64,000 bases of DNA from positions 29,844-93,843 of IMG/VR virus record IMGVR_UViG_3300030012_002828. One strand, 5' to 3'. Positions within the stretch are counted from its first letter, which is position 1; every line of letters starts with the position of its first letter. The stretch is from a virus. Shown piece by piece: positions 1-9,671 of this stretch. Made by a program: the position numbers and the translations under genes. The notes beneath the pieces are model-generated. The model made no database searches and had not been told where the DNA came from. It saw only the letters and a list, made by a program, of their open reading frames with translations.

Positions 1-1
1 A

Positions 2-865
2 GAAGCACTAAAAAAATCATATACAATAACAGATAATATACATGGTATTGTAGAATTAAATACAAGTATTGATACTGACGGTTTTGTTTTATCGGGATTC
101 TATCAAGATAATTTAATGGCTAAAAATGCTATTATAGATATTGATTTATGGAAACACGAATTAGGAATGCTTTACAAAAAAGATAGTGGTAAATTAATGA
201 CAGTAGTTTCTCAAATAGTTAATGAGCAAGATAGGTCTAAAAAAGAATTAATACAAGAAATAAATAAAAGAGCACCTGATATTGTTAAAAGAATGTTTAG
301 TGAAAAAGATGATAAGGATTTAATTAAGTGGGTTAATGAAAGAGCGAAGGCTTTTGGTATTTTGTATAATGAAAAAACTAAAGTTTATTATTATGATGAA
401 AAAACATTAGTTAAATTACCAGAATCAGATTTTAATAAAATAGGAAAGGCCGAAGATAGATACGAAGTTTGGAAAAGAGAAGATGGTGATTTAAATTTTA
501 TTTATGATACAAAGGGTGTAACATTTGCTTGGAGAATAGAGCAAGATAATACAAAAGATATTTATGAATTATTTGGTAAAGCCACTAAATTTTTAGCAGA
601 AATAGATGAAAAGCCTGATAAAGATAAATTATTAGATGAAGGAGAAATAAAATTAGGTGCTCAAAGAGATGGTTATCATGAATATTTATTAGAAGGTAAA
701 ATGTATAAAGGTAAATTTCATATTAGAGTAGTTCCGATATTAGGAGAAAATAGATGGATAGCATGGACAGGTTATGAAACTAAACCAACCGATAAAGATA
801 GTGATGAAGGAATGTGGAATTTAGATAAAGATAAATATAAAACTATTACATATTCTAACGATTAA
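2..865 (+). CDS. 5'-truncated protein upstream of the prohead protease; C-terminus weakly resembles the LigD 3'-phosphoesterase-like barrel
   Basis: The frame is open from position 2 (EALKKSYTITDNIHG...), so ATG116 is probably internal. The C-terminal 'DEGEIKLG..YHEYLLEGKMYKGKFHI..WIAW' recalls LigD PE-domain strands. Confidence 0.45.
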   Translation, partial: EALKKSYTITDNIHGIVELNTSIDTDGFVLSGFYQDNLMAKNAIIDIDLWKHELGMLYKKDSGKLMTVVSQIVNEQDRSKKELIQEINKRAPDIVKRMFSEKDDKDLIKWVNERAKAFGILYNEKTKVYYYDEKTLVKLPESDFNKIGKAEDRYEVWKREDGDLNFIYDTKGVTFAWRIEQDNTKDIYELFGKATKFLAEIDEKPDKDKLLDEGEIKLGAQRDGYHEYLLEGKMYKGKFHIRVVPILGENRWIAWTGYETKPTDKDSDEGMWNLDKDKYKTITYSND

Positions 866-874
866 GGGTTATCC

Positions 875-882
875 TTTATATA
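875..882 (+). promoter_or_regulatory. Archaeal TATA box (TTTATATA), probably driving a leaderless late transcript
   Basis: TTTATATA lies about 25 nt upstream of ATG907 and no SD precedes that ATG. Confidence 0.55.
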
Positions 883-906
883 GTTGAAAAAACAAATATA
901 CTACCA

Positions 907-2190
907 ATGAGTTCTCTTAAGGTTAAACCTATGAGATTAGGTAATCATTATTCAAGTGGTTCTGAATTTGCCGTACTAAAAGGTACAGGGAAAGATTTAG
1001 TTATCGCTGGTTATGCATCTGTTGATGTAGTAGACAAACAAAATGATTTAATTACATTGGAAGCATTAAATGATGCGGCTGATAAATTTATGAAGAGTGA
1101 TTATAAAAATGTAATGATTACTCATTCAAATGTACAAGTAGGAGAAGTAATTGATTCTTATACAGATACAAAAGGTAACTTGTTAAAAACAGGTTGCGAC
1201 GATACAGGATTCTTTGTAGTTATAAAAATGAGGAACGATATTGAAAAAGCGAAAGAAGTAGCAAGAGATATTAAGAGAGGCAAACTTCGTTCATTTAGTA
1301 TCGGTGGACAGGCTATTAATAAGCATAATGTTCACGACCCCGATATAGGAACATACAAAGAAATAGATAAATTAGAACTCCATGAGATTACAATTTGTGA
1401 AGAAGGAATAAACCCTGAAGCCAAATTTGAAATTGTGAAGGAAAACAAAAATAAAGGAAGTGAAAAAATGACCGACGAAATTAGTAAAGCATTAAGCGAG
1501 TTTGAAGACATTGTAGGCCAACTAAGAAATCAAATTGACAACTCAGTAGTTAAGGAAGATTTTGATGATGAGCAATCTATGGCAGAACCCGAAATGATGA
1601 GTGAAGAAGAAATGATGCCCGAAAAAGTAGATGATGAAGAAGATTTGTCATATAAGGCTGAATCAGTTGATGATGAAGAAGATATGGATGAAACAAAAGA
1701 AAAGAAAGCAGCAGATTCTATTGTTTATGGGCACAATGCAACAGGACAAAAAATGGGCGAAAGTAATCTAACAGGAAGATTTGATTCTGAATTTAGTGAA
1801 TTTATTGCTCGTAAATCAGCAACACTTGATACACTTGACCTAAGTGAAGAAAATGTAGCAAAGGCATATGCACAATTTAAGGCTGAACAAGAAGAAGCAA
1901 GAGCATATGATTTGATTAAGAATGAATTTGAAGCAAGATACAATGCTGAACTAAAGATGGAAGCAGACATGATTGCTAAAGAAAACTATGACGCAAGTGC
2001 TGAAGTTGCTGCTCTAAAAAATGAGTTTGCACAACTTCGCAAATCTCTTGAATCAAATAATGAAGTAATTGCAAAGCAAGTTACTCAAGCAACCTCAAGA
2101 CTATCTGATGATGTAATTTCAAAGATGGACAATATTGGTGAAATGTCTTGGGAAGAAATTAATGACCTTGTTAATGAGGTACAAGGCTAA
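907..2190 (+). CDS. HK97-type prohead protease fused to a C-terminal acidic coiled-coil scaffold region
   Basis: Motifs IAGYAS..VDKQND, H, 'LRSFSIGG' and 'ELHEITI..GINPEA'; located directly upstream of the capsid gene. Confidence 0.9.
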   Translation: MSSLKVKPMRLGNHYSSGSEFAVLKGTGKDLVIAGYASVDVVDKQNDLITLEALNDAADKFMKSDYKNVMITHSNVQVGEVIDSYTDTKGNLLKTGCDDTGFFVVIKMRNDIEKAKEVARDIKRGKLRSFSIGGQAINKHNVHDPDIGTYKEIDKLELHEITICEEGINPEAKFEIVKENKNKGSEKMTDEISKALSEFEDIVGQLRNQIDNSVVKEDFDDEQSMAEPEMMSEEEMMPEKVDDEEDLSYKAESVDDEEDMDETKEKKAADSIVYGHNATGQKMGESNLTGRFDSEFSEFIARKSATLDTLDLSEENVAKAYAQFKAEQEEARAYDLIKNEFEARYNAELKMEADMIAKENYDASAEVAALKNEFAQLRKSLESNNEVIAKQVTQATSRLSDDVISKMDNIGEMSWEEINDLVNEVQG

Positions 2191-2225
2191 TCCTAATAAG
2201 GATTAAAAAAAAGGAAGTGAAAAAT

Positions 2226-3527
2226 ATGAGTTTAAAAATTAGAACAATAGCAGATTTAGAAAGAGCAACATACGGTTCTTTTGGTGGAAACAGTCTTATT
2301 AAGGCAAGTACAGGACAAACAGGTGGAGTAGGAGTTACAAGAGGTATTCATTCGGATTCTAACTCAGGTGCTTTTAGCCCTAATGCTCTATACAATTTGG
2401 TTTATGGTCAAAAAGTTTGGTCTATGCTAAACCGTGAAATTAATGCATTCGCTATGCTACCTAAAAAGCCATATCAGTCAAGCGGCTGGAGAGTCATGAT
2501 TGAAAGAGCAATTGGTGGTCAAGGTGATATTCTTAATATTGCAGGTGGAACAAATCAAGGTTCTCTAACAGAAGATTTGATTGGTGGTGTTGAAGAAAAC
2601 GCTTCATTTACTACTAATGATGCAACAGCATTTGCCCCAATTGCACCAAAGTATGAAACACTTTATGTTTCTCCTAAAACAATAGCACATCAATTTGAAG
2701 TTTCTGAATTGGCTGCTGCTATGGCAAAGATTGATGATGGAATTGGTGATATTATGGCCGCTTATAGAGAAGAAGTTGGTGTAACCCACGCTGAAATGAT
2801 GAATCATATGCTTCTAACTCCATTGGAATCTAAGACTAATGGTTCAGGTACTTATGTAGGTGCAAATAATATTAAATCTCTTTATGAAATTGTAACAAGT
2901 AAGGCAGAATTGGAAGCGGCTGATGGTGGAAATCTATTTGCAGGTGCGCTACCAACAGAAATGAAGACTCTATATGGAAAAGATAGAACAAATGCTGCTA
3001 ATAATACTTGGATGGATGCTTTTGTAGATTCTTCTGCTGATGCAACAACAAGAAGACCACTAACTCTTAACTTGCTAAATACTGCTCTAAGAGAATTGCA
3101 AATTCGTGGTGCTTCACCAAAGGTTATTCTAACAGGATATGATACAATTCAAGCATTGGGAGAACTTCTACAATCTCAAGAAAGATTCATGGGAAGAACC
3201 GAAGTACTACCAACAGTAAATGGTATTAAAGGTGTAAAGGGTAGAGAAGTTGGATTTAAGGTTGCTACTTATCATGACATTCCTATTATTCCTTGTAAGG
3301 AAATGGGAAGCACAGGAACAGGTGCTGGATTGAGTGATATTTTCATTCTTGATACTGACCATTTGCACTTTGCTACTTTGAAGCCAACAGAATATTTTGA
3401 AACCGGTATTGATTCGGGTGACCCATTTTCAGTAAATGGTCTACGAAACAAGGGTATGTATCGTACCATTGGTGAAGTTGTTTGTACATATTTGAAAGCA
3501 CAAGGAAAGATTACTAACCTATCTTGA
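2226..3527 (+). CDS. Major capsid protein (HK97 fold)
   Basis: Follows the protease; about 430 aa; 'VSPKTIAHQFEVSE' and 'VATYHDIPIIP...DIFILDT...GEVVC' are typical MCP strands. SD AGGAAGTGA precedes ATG2226 (track start GTG2217). Confidence 0.9.
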   Translation: MSLKIRTIADLERATYGSFGGNSLIKASTGQTGGVGVTRGIHSDSNSGAFSPNALYNLVYGQKVWSMLNREINAFAMLPKKPYQSSGWRVMIERAIGGQGDILNIAGGTNQGSLTEDLIGGVEENASFTTNDATAFAPIAPKYETLYVSPKTIAHQFEVSELAAAMAKIDDGIGDIMAAYREEVGVTHAEMMNHMLLTPLESKTNGSGTYVGANNIKSLYEIVTSKAELEAADGGNLFAGALPTEMKTLYGKDRTNAANNTWMDAFVDSSADATTRRPLTLNLLNTALRELQIRGASPKVILTGYDTIQALGELLQSQERFMGRTEVLPTVNGIKGVKGREVGFKVATYHDIPIIPCKEMGSTGTGAGLSDIFILDTDHLHFATLKPTEYFETGIDSGDPFSVNGLRNKGMYRTIGEVVCTYLKAQGKITNLS

Positions 3528-3557
3528 GGTTTTTAATTAAACAATAGGTGATTAAAA

Positions 3558-3920
3558 ATGGCACATACAGTAGGATTATTTGCAGACCATTTGGGTTCTG
3601 ATGCACCGAGAGTTGTAGGAACAGAATATGTTGTAGATGGATATATTAATGTAACAACCGCAACAGCAGGTGGAGAAGTAATACAAGCAAGTTCTTTTGG
3701 ACTAAGTACAATAAGCCATGTATCAATAGGTGGACAAAGCACTCATTCTTCATTACAAGTTAGTGTTGAAGTTGGTGGTCATCCAGTAAATAATACAGGT
3801 GAATATGAAAGTAATGATTCTTTTGCACTAATTTTTGTAGCAAATGATGGAACAAATGCAGCAGCAGATGGCGACATTACAGATATTGTTGTTAAAGTAA
3901 GAGTACACGGACAAATTTAA
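3558..3920 (+). CDS. Putative virion structural/decoration protein
   Basis: Beta-rich 120 aa ORF right after the MCP, with a GGTGA SD. Confidence 0.55.
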   Translation: MAHTVGLFADHLGSDAPRVVGTEYVVDGYINVTTATAGGEVIQASSFGLSTISHVSIGGQSTHSSLQVSVEVGGHPVNNTGEYESNDSFALIFVANDGTNAAADGDITDIVVKVRVHGQI

Positions 3921-3930
3921 GGTGGTTTAA

Positions 3931-4269
3931 TTGGTTAAAATTAGATACACTTTAGGTTTTGCCCGCCTTTATGGTAAAGAATTTTATCAAGGTGTTTGGA
4001 CAGAAGCAAATCCACAGACCGTACTTAAAGTTACAGGTGCTGAAGGATGGGAAATAGAGGGTGAAACAATTCCTGAAACAGTAGAAGTTGTAGAAGAAAC
4101 AATTGAAGAAGTTGTAGAAGAAACAATAGAAGTTGTTGATGAAGTGGTTGATTTATCCAAACTAACAAAGAAAGAATTACAGGCTCTTTGTGATGAAAAA
4201 GGTCTTGAATACAAGGCTTTTGATAACAAATCTGTACTGATTTCTTTGCTTGCTGACGAAGAAGAGTAA
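3931..4269 (+). CDS. Small acidic protein with C-terminal HeH/Rho-N/LEM-like domain
   Basis: C-terminal 'DLSKLTKKELQALCDEKGLEYKAFDNKSVLISLL'; TTG start with GGTGG SD. Confidence 0.65.
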   Translation: MVKIRYTLGFARLYGKEFYQGVWTEANPQTVLKVTGAEGWEIEGETIPETVEVVEETIEEVVEETIEVVDEVVDLSKLTKKELQALCDEKGLEYKAFDNKSVLISLLADEEE

Positions 4270-4293
4270 ATAAATAACAATATAAATTGAATT

Positions 4294-4340
4294 GAGGGTT
4301 GTCGCTACTTTTATTAGTGGCGACTCCCTCCTTTCTTTTT
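4294..4340 (+). terminator. Hairpin plus U-tract after the capsid operon
   Basis: GAGGG..GTCGCTACT-loop-AGTGGCGAC.CCCTC followed by CTTTCTTTTT. Confidence 0.65.
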
Positions 4341-4358
4341 AACGAAAGGTGTTTAACT

Positions 4359-4652
4359 ATGGGAAGAATTCAAAGTACAAGAATAACAGGCGATACTAAT
4401 GTTCAATCAGCAAGTCCTTGTGTATACAATGGATATACTTTAAGTCCAACAGGTACAGTTAGTGATTCAAGAACAGTATCTGTTTATGCAGATAATACAG
4501 GAACAGGAACAACTAATTTAATAGCAAGATATGTAATTACTCCATCATCGACAATTCAATATCATTATACTGATGGTATTCTTTGTACAAGTGGTTTGAG
4601 AATTGAATGTTCAGATTGGTCTGATTTAGAAATGTTTGTTTTACACTCTTGA
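4359..4652 (+). CDS. Hypothetical virion protein
   Basis: Likely start ATG4359 (MGRIQS...) after AGGTG; track start 4299 lies inside the terminator. Confidence 0.6.
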   Translation: MGRIQSTRITGDTNVQSASPCVYNGYTLSPTGTVSDSRTVSVYADNTGTGTTNLIARYVITPSSTIQYHYTDGILCTSGLRIECSDWSDLEMFVLHS

Positions 4653-4665
4653 GGGGGTGTAAAGT

Positions 4666-7600
4666 ATGACAGAATCAACAGAAGTACCTCCTTTTAGGGG
4701 AGTTTTTGATGAAATGGGTACATTGTGGAATGTAGAATCTGCTTTGAATTTCTTTTATCAATTTCTAATTCCTCAAGGAGATATGCATACTAATAAACAA
4801 AAAAGAGTTAGAGCAGGTTTATTAAGATGGATGCTAACAAGTAGAAATTGGGAAGAAAGATATAAAGAAGATATTGATTTTAATAAGGCTACCTTTGATA
4901 GAATTAATAAACAGGCAATAGAAATATTACTTGATACATCTTTAGGGGAACTAAACCAAAATAGATATTATGCTTCAGTAGAGGATGGTGTTTATACACC
5001 TAAAACATTTACAGATAAAACTCATACACAAACCAACAAAGACGGTAGTACAGTTAAAATAACATTTAATTATGGTAAAAATTTAGGTGCTAATCCTTCA
5101 GGGTTAGAAACCTATGATAAAGAAGAATATACAAAATACCGTAATATGTTAATTACTTCTAAAAATGAATTAAATGCTTTAAAGGTTGATAGAGATTTTA
5201 CTAAAGGTGCTACAAAGGCAGCATTTACTGTAAAAATTAACAATCAAAAAGAAGCAATTGAAGAAGTAGAAAGAATGTTAGAAGGTGTTAAAAAACCAAG
5301 TTATGATGACAATATTAAATTAAAAGAGGTTTTAAATAATTCTCCTTCGGTAGAAAAATTTTATTCGCTATATAGTATGAACCCTGAAACATATGAACAA
5401 AAAGTAGCATTAGGTTTACTAATAGAATCAGTACATAAAAATATAAATGCTGAAGAATTTAAACAATACGAAAAAACCTTTGGTTCTTATCAAGACTTTG
5501 TTCAATTGATAGAAGACAAAGAAGCAGAATATCTTAAAATAACACAAATACCATTTGCTATTTCGCAAACAATGACAGGCATTTTAAAACAAGAAGAAGA
5601 AACAAACATAAAAGCAGACATAAAAAAATTAATTAATACAGAAAAAAGGGAAAAAGGTAAAGTTATTACACCGAGTTTAATTCAATTATTAGACTCAATT
5701 AAATATCCTATAAAGGTAGGAGAAGATGTTTCTTTAGAAGATAAAAGTGCCGTTACAAATTATATTACTGACAATTTAAAAAATGATACAAGTGGTGCAA
5801 TAAGGTTAATAGAAAGAATTACTACTAACTGGTTTAAAACTAATATTGACCCTTTATTAAACATACAATCTAAAGTTACATTTGAAACTGTATCAAGTCG
5901 CCCTGCTGAAAGAGAAGATGTATCTCGACAACCTGTTAAAATGAGCAAAGATACAATTGAAGAATTTTTATTAGATAATGTAGTAGACCCTGAAAATGTA
6001 TATATTTCAGGTAATAGAATAACAGCAAAGAAAAGAAAGGGTGAAGATAGAGCAAGAATTGATGAAGTAAATTTAGGTTATACTGATACTACTAAAACTA
6101 AATTTAAAATGCAAATTAGATTTGAAAATCAAGAAATGGATTTTGAATCAGGATATGCTAAAACTATTGGTGCCGCTTCAAGGAATGTGATTTCAAGTGA
6201 ATTAAATTATCTTAGAAAATTTAATACAAAAGGTACAGTAGTAATTAATTATAGTGGTAATATTAATCAAAATTTAGTAAAAAAATTGCCGGGTTTAAAT
6301 GCTGACTATCAATGGAAAATTATTAGAGATATAATGAATAGTTATATAACTACTAAAAAATCTTCTTTTGAAGAAAAAGTAGAAGCAGCAATTAAGAAAA
6401 ATGTTACAAGGGGAATGTTGGCAGATTTAGAAGTAGTAATAGAATTAATAGACGAAGTAGATAAAATTCAAAAAGAAAGTATAGGACAAGATTTAATAAA
6501 TTTAGAAAATCATTCAACAACATATTTTCTTAATGATGGTTTATTTAAATTTAATTTAAATGAATTTAGAGATAAAATAAGAGAAGATTCAAAAAAACAA
6601 TCAAAAAATTTAACAAAGCAACTTAGTTATGTTTCTAAAAATCTTAATAAAATTTTAGAATTTGCTGAAGATAATGAACAAGAAATACAAGAAGCATTTG
6701 AAATGTTAGAAGAAGACGATTCAAAAGAAGCAGCAAAAGAAAGAGCAAGAATAGAATTAGAAAGAATATCTGAATCGCAAGAATTACAAGAAGCAAGAGA
6801 ACTTGCTGAAAGAGAAAAAGAAGAAGAAGCAGCAGGAGAAGAAGGAGAAGGGTTGCTTGCACAAGCCCTAACTGAAGAAACATTTGATGAGTATGAAGAT
6901 GAAGAAACAGGTCTTACTATTAAAGAAATTAAAAATTTACAATTACTAAATACTATTAAAGAAGTAAATGATAATAGTAGAAGGTTTGTTGCACTATATG
7001 AAAATATTAGATTATTAGTTAGAAGTATTAATAGAATAAATAAAGTTAAGGAATCTAATATTGTTACAGAAGAATTTAAAAGATTATTAGATGAATGGGC
7101 TGAACTTGTTTCTTTTGATTCAGGCAAAATACAACGATTAAAAGAATTACTTGGTACAATTGATGAAGAAAAAGATGATAAAGGTAATTTTAAAAATCCT
7201 CAACAAGACATTAAAAATAAAGTTAGAGATTATAAATTACAAATGGAAGAACATTGGAATAGTGTAAAAACAATGGAAGAGTTTCAAAAGTTATCAGCAG
7301 GAGATATGGTTAGATTAGTAAATGAATTAGATTTAAGAAAGGCTTTATCAGAAGATTTACATAAAGATAAATCTTTTAATAATGCAAGACTTGGACAGGT
7401 TAAAGCGTCAAGTAGAAATTTAGAAATACAAATTGATTATGCTAAAAAGAAATTATTATTAAAAGGTAAAATTGATTGGCAATCTGATGCTGAATCTTAT
7501 GTGGGTTATAGAACAGCAGGTACAGAAAGTTATAACCCTTTAAAAAATACTCAAGGTATGGCAGTAGACCAAGCAAGAAAACTTAGAGGCAGGAAAGTTA

Positions 7601-7722
7601 CAGGTACAGGTAGAATACAAAGTAGAGGACTTACAGGTACAAACTTTAATGATTTAAGGTATGAATTTTTTAAAGAAATTAAAAATAGAATAAATGTATT
7701 AGTGGGGGCAGTTAGACAATGA
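4666..7722 (+). CDS. Large (1018 aa) helical, charged protein of unknown function in the head module
   Basis: Long ORF with an SD, E/K-rich coiled-coil segments and no recognised motif. Confidence 0.6.
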   Translation: MTESTEVPPFRGVFDEMGTLWNVESALNFFYQFLIPQGDMHTNKQKRVRAGLLRWMLTSRNWEERYKEDIDFNKATFDRINKQAIEILLDTSLGELNQNRYYASVEDGVYTPKTFTDKTHTQTNKDGSTVKITFNYGKNLGANPSGLETYDKEEYTKYRNMLITSKNELNALKVDRDFTKGATKAAFTVKINNQKEAIEEVERMLEGVKKPSYDDNIKLKEVLNNSPSVEKFYSLYSMNPETYEQKVALGLLIESVHKNINAEEFKQYEKTFGSYQDFVQLIEDKEAEYLKITQIPFAISQTMTGILKQEEETNIKADIKKLINTEKREKGKVITPSLIQLLDSIKYPIKVGEDVSLEDKSAVTNYITDNLKNDTSGAIRLIERITTNWFKTNIDPLLNIQSKVTFETVSSRPAEREDVSRQPVKMSKDTIEEFLLDNVVDPENVYISGNRITAKKRKGEDRARIDEVNLGYTDTTKTKFKMQIRFENQEMDFESGYAKTIGAASRNVISSELNYLRKFNTKGTVVINYSGNINQNLVKKLPGLNADYQWKIIRDIMNSYITTKKSSFEEKVEAAIKKNVTRGMLADLEVVIELIDEVDKIQKESIGQDLINLENHSTTYFLNDGLFKFNLNEFRDKIREDSKKQSKNLTKQLSYVSKNLNKILEFAEDNEQEIQEAFEMLEEDDSKEAAKERARIELERISESQELQEARELAEREKEEEAAGEEGEGLLAQALTEETFDEYEDEETGLTIKEIKNLQLLNTIKEVNDNSRRFVALYENIRLLVRSINRINKVKESNIVTEEFKRLLDEWAELVSFDSGKIQRLKELLGTIDEEKDDKGNFKNPQQDIKNKVRDYKLQMEEHWNSVKTMEEFQKLSAGDMVRLVNELDLRKALSEDLHKDKSFNNARLGQVKASSRNLEIQIDYAKKKLLLKGKIDWQSDAESYVGYRTAGTESYNPLKNTQGMAVDQARKLRGRKVTGTGRIQSRGLTGTNFNDLRYEFFKEIKNRINVLVGAVRQ

Positions 7723-8810
7723 GTATTATAAGACCATCAGATACAGCAATAAATTCACTTAGTTATGATTCGGGTGTAGGTCATTATACTGATATGACAA
7801 AAATTTGTGATTTATTAGGTATTGCACCATTTACAATAGATACTATTCCTACACTTGCTAATATTGGTGAATTAATAAGATATGCAGAAGATTATATTGA
7901 TGAATATACAAAACAATCTTGGCGACCATCTATCGTAGAAAATGAAATGAAAGACTTTGATTTAGATTTTCATAGAATGTATAGATATACTAATCATAGA
8001 TATACCGATTATGTTGGTGCTATTAGATTAAATAGAGAAGATGTGAGAAAGGTTGTAAGACTATGTGCTTGGAAGGGTGATATTTGGGAAGAGTTAGCGG
8101 GTGCTACTTGTAAAATTAATATTACTGATTATACTAATATTACTAATATTGTACTAAGGTTACCCAATAATGGTGAAATATTTACATTAGAACCACATAC
8201 AACAAATAATACTTTTAACAATACATATGGAAATGTAACTACTGCTCAAGAAATTGTTTATTTAATTAATGAACAAGTTCCATCTAATACAAGAGATTTT
8301 ACAGGACAGGATGGAAAGAAAACATTTACAGGTACAGCAGGTAATGGTATTAGTAAGTTTTTTTATGCTTCTTTAGAAGATGATAATTCAATTGTAGTTT
8401 CATCTTTATTACCTTCAGATGATGGTAAGGACTGTACCATTACAGTTAGTGGAACAGGTATTACAAAAGAAGATTTCAAAGACAATGAAAATGTTGGAAG
8501 AGATAATGATTGGTGGATAGATAATCAAACAGGTACTGTTTTCTTTAAGAGTACTTATCCTCTTCAAGTTAAACATTCTTTAAAGTGTACATATAAAACA
8601 GGTAAGCAAACTGTTCCGGCACTAATTACAGAAGCCGCTACAAAATTAGTTTGTTGTGAATTAATGTCTTCAGATGATAATACTATTCTATTAGGTGAAA
8701 ATAATAATTCAGGTTTAGATATTAAAACTAAGTTTGATACATATAGAGCCGATGTTGAAAAGATTTTAAAGATGAAAAAGCGTTTAATATATTTAATAGA
8801 TAGTGATTGA
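7719..8810 (+). CDS. Putative head-tail adaptor/connector (gp6/gp15-like) with insertion
   Basis: 'LIRYAEDYIDEYT' at the N-terminus and 'TYKTG...VPALITEAATKLV' at the C-terminus are typical adaptor patterns; position fits. Confidence 0.7.
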   Translation: MSIIRPSDTAINSLSYDSGVGHYTDMTKICDLLGIAPFTIDTIPTLANIGELIRYAEDYIDEYTKQSWRPSIVENEMKDFDLDFHRMYRYTNHRYTDYVGAIRLNREDVRKVVRLCAWKGDIWEELAGATCKINITDYTNITNIVLRLPNNGEIFTLEPHTTNNTFNNTYGNVTTAQEIVYLINEQVPSNTRDFTGQDGKKTFTGTAGNGISKFFYASLEDDNSIVVSSLLPSDDGKDCTITVSGTGITKEDFKDNENVGRDNDWWIDNQTGTVFFKSTYPLQVKHSLKCTYKTGKQTVPALITEAATKLVCCELMSSDDNTILLGENNNSGLDIKTKFDTYRADVEKILKMKKRLIYLIDSD

Positions 8811-9030
8811 TATGGTGTTTACAAAAGAGCAGGCAAGAAAGGTTCAATTAGTAATTGATTCTATACCTACTCAAGTAAATAAAATAATACAAGATAATAT
8901 GAATCTTCAAGAAATAACTAAAGAGTATTTAGGAGAATCAATGTCTGATGAAATTCTTAAAAAAATAATAAAAGAACAAATTGAAAAAGAAGTTTTTGAA
9001 AAAGTAGTAGGTGTTATGTTTGGTGAGTGA
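8803..9030 (+). CDS. Hypothetical protein
   Basis: Overlapping, translationally coupled ORF in the operon. Confidence 0.55.
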   Translation: MIDMVFTKEQARKVQLVIDSIPTQVNKIIQDNMNLQEITKEYLGESMSDEILKKIIKEQIEKEVFEKVVGVMFGE

Positions 9031-9643
9031 ATCTGGTTACCTTGTAGATTTATTAGATTCTAATTGGAACGATGCTATTACAGCATTAAATACTTCTAAT
9101 GGTAATGGAACACTATTAGATGTTCATGCAGTACACCCTATTATTATGTCTATGTCAGATTTTTCAACAGGAAGAACAGTAGATGCACAAGGTAGGTCAA
9201 GAGGTGGTAATAGAATTAATACTGCAAGTAAAAAAGAATCTACAAATGCTGATGGTTTTATTTATTCAAAAGATATTATAGTTATATCTACAACAAGTAC
9301 TTCTATTGAATATCCTACATATGCTTATGATATTAGAAATGAAACATTTACAATGTCTGTTAGTATTAGAACAAGACAAGACGATAGAATACTAAATGAT
9401 AATACAAGAGTTAATCCTACAAGTAATTTTGGTAAGGAAAGAATCCGTAGCCTTTATTTACTTGTACGATATATACTCGAACAAAGGAGAAGAGGTTGGT
9501 TTAAAACAGGTTCTGAAATTTATGAAAATATTAGTTTGATAACTGTACAAGATAGAACGGACTCAAATGATAAAAAGAATAGAATTTTTGGTTATAAAAT
9601 AAATGTTGTTATGAAAAAATTAGCAATCCCCGTAGGTTGTTAA
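9011..9643 (+). CDS. Putative tail completion/terminator protein
   Basis: Directly precedes the tail tube gene; real start is possibly GTG9023. Confidence 0.5.
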   Translation: MLCLVSESGYLVDLLDSNWNDAITALNTSNGNGTLLDVHAVHPIIMSMSDFSTGRTVDAQGRSRGGNRINTASKKESTNADGFIYSKDIIVISTTSTSIEYPTYAYDIRNETFTMSVSIRTRQDDRILNDNTRVNPTSNFGKERIRSLYLLVRYILEQRRRGWFKTGSEIYENISLITVQDRTDSNDKKNRIFGYKINVVMKKLAIPVGC

Positions 9644-9671
9644 AAAGTAAGTAAATAAACGGTGAAGAAAA

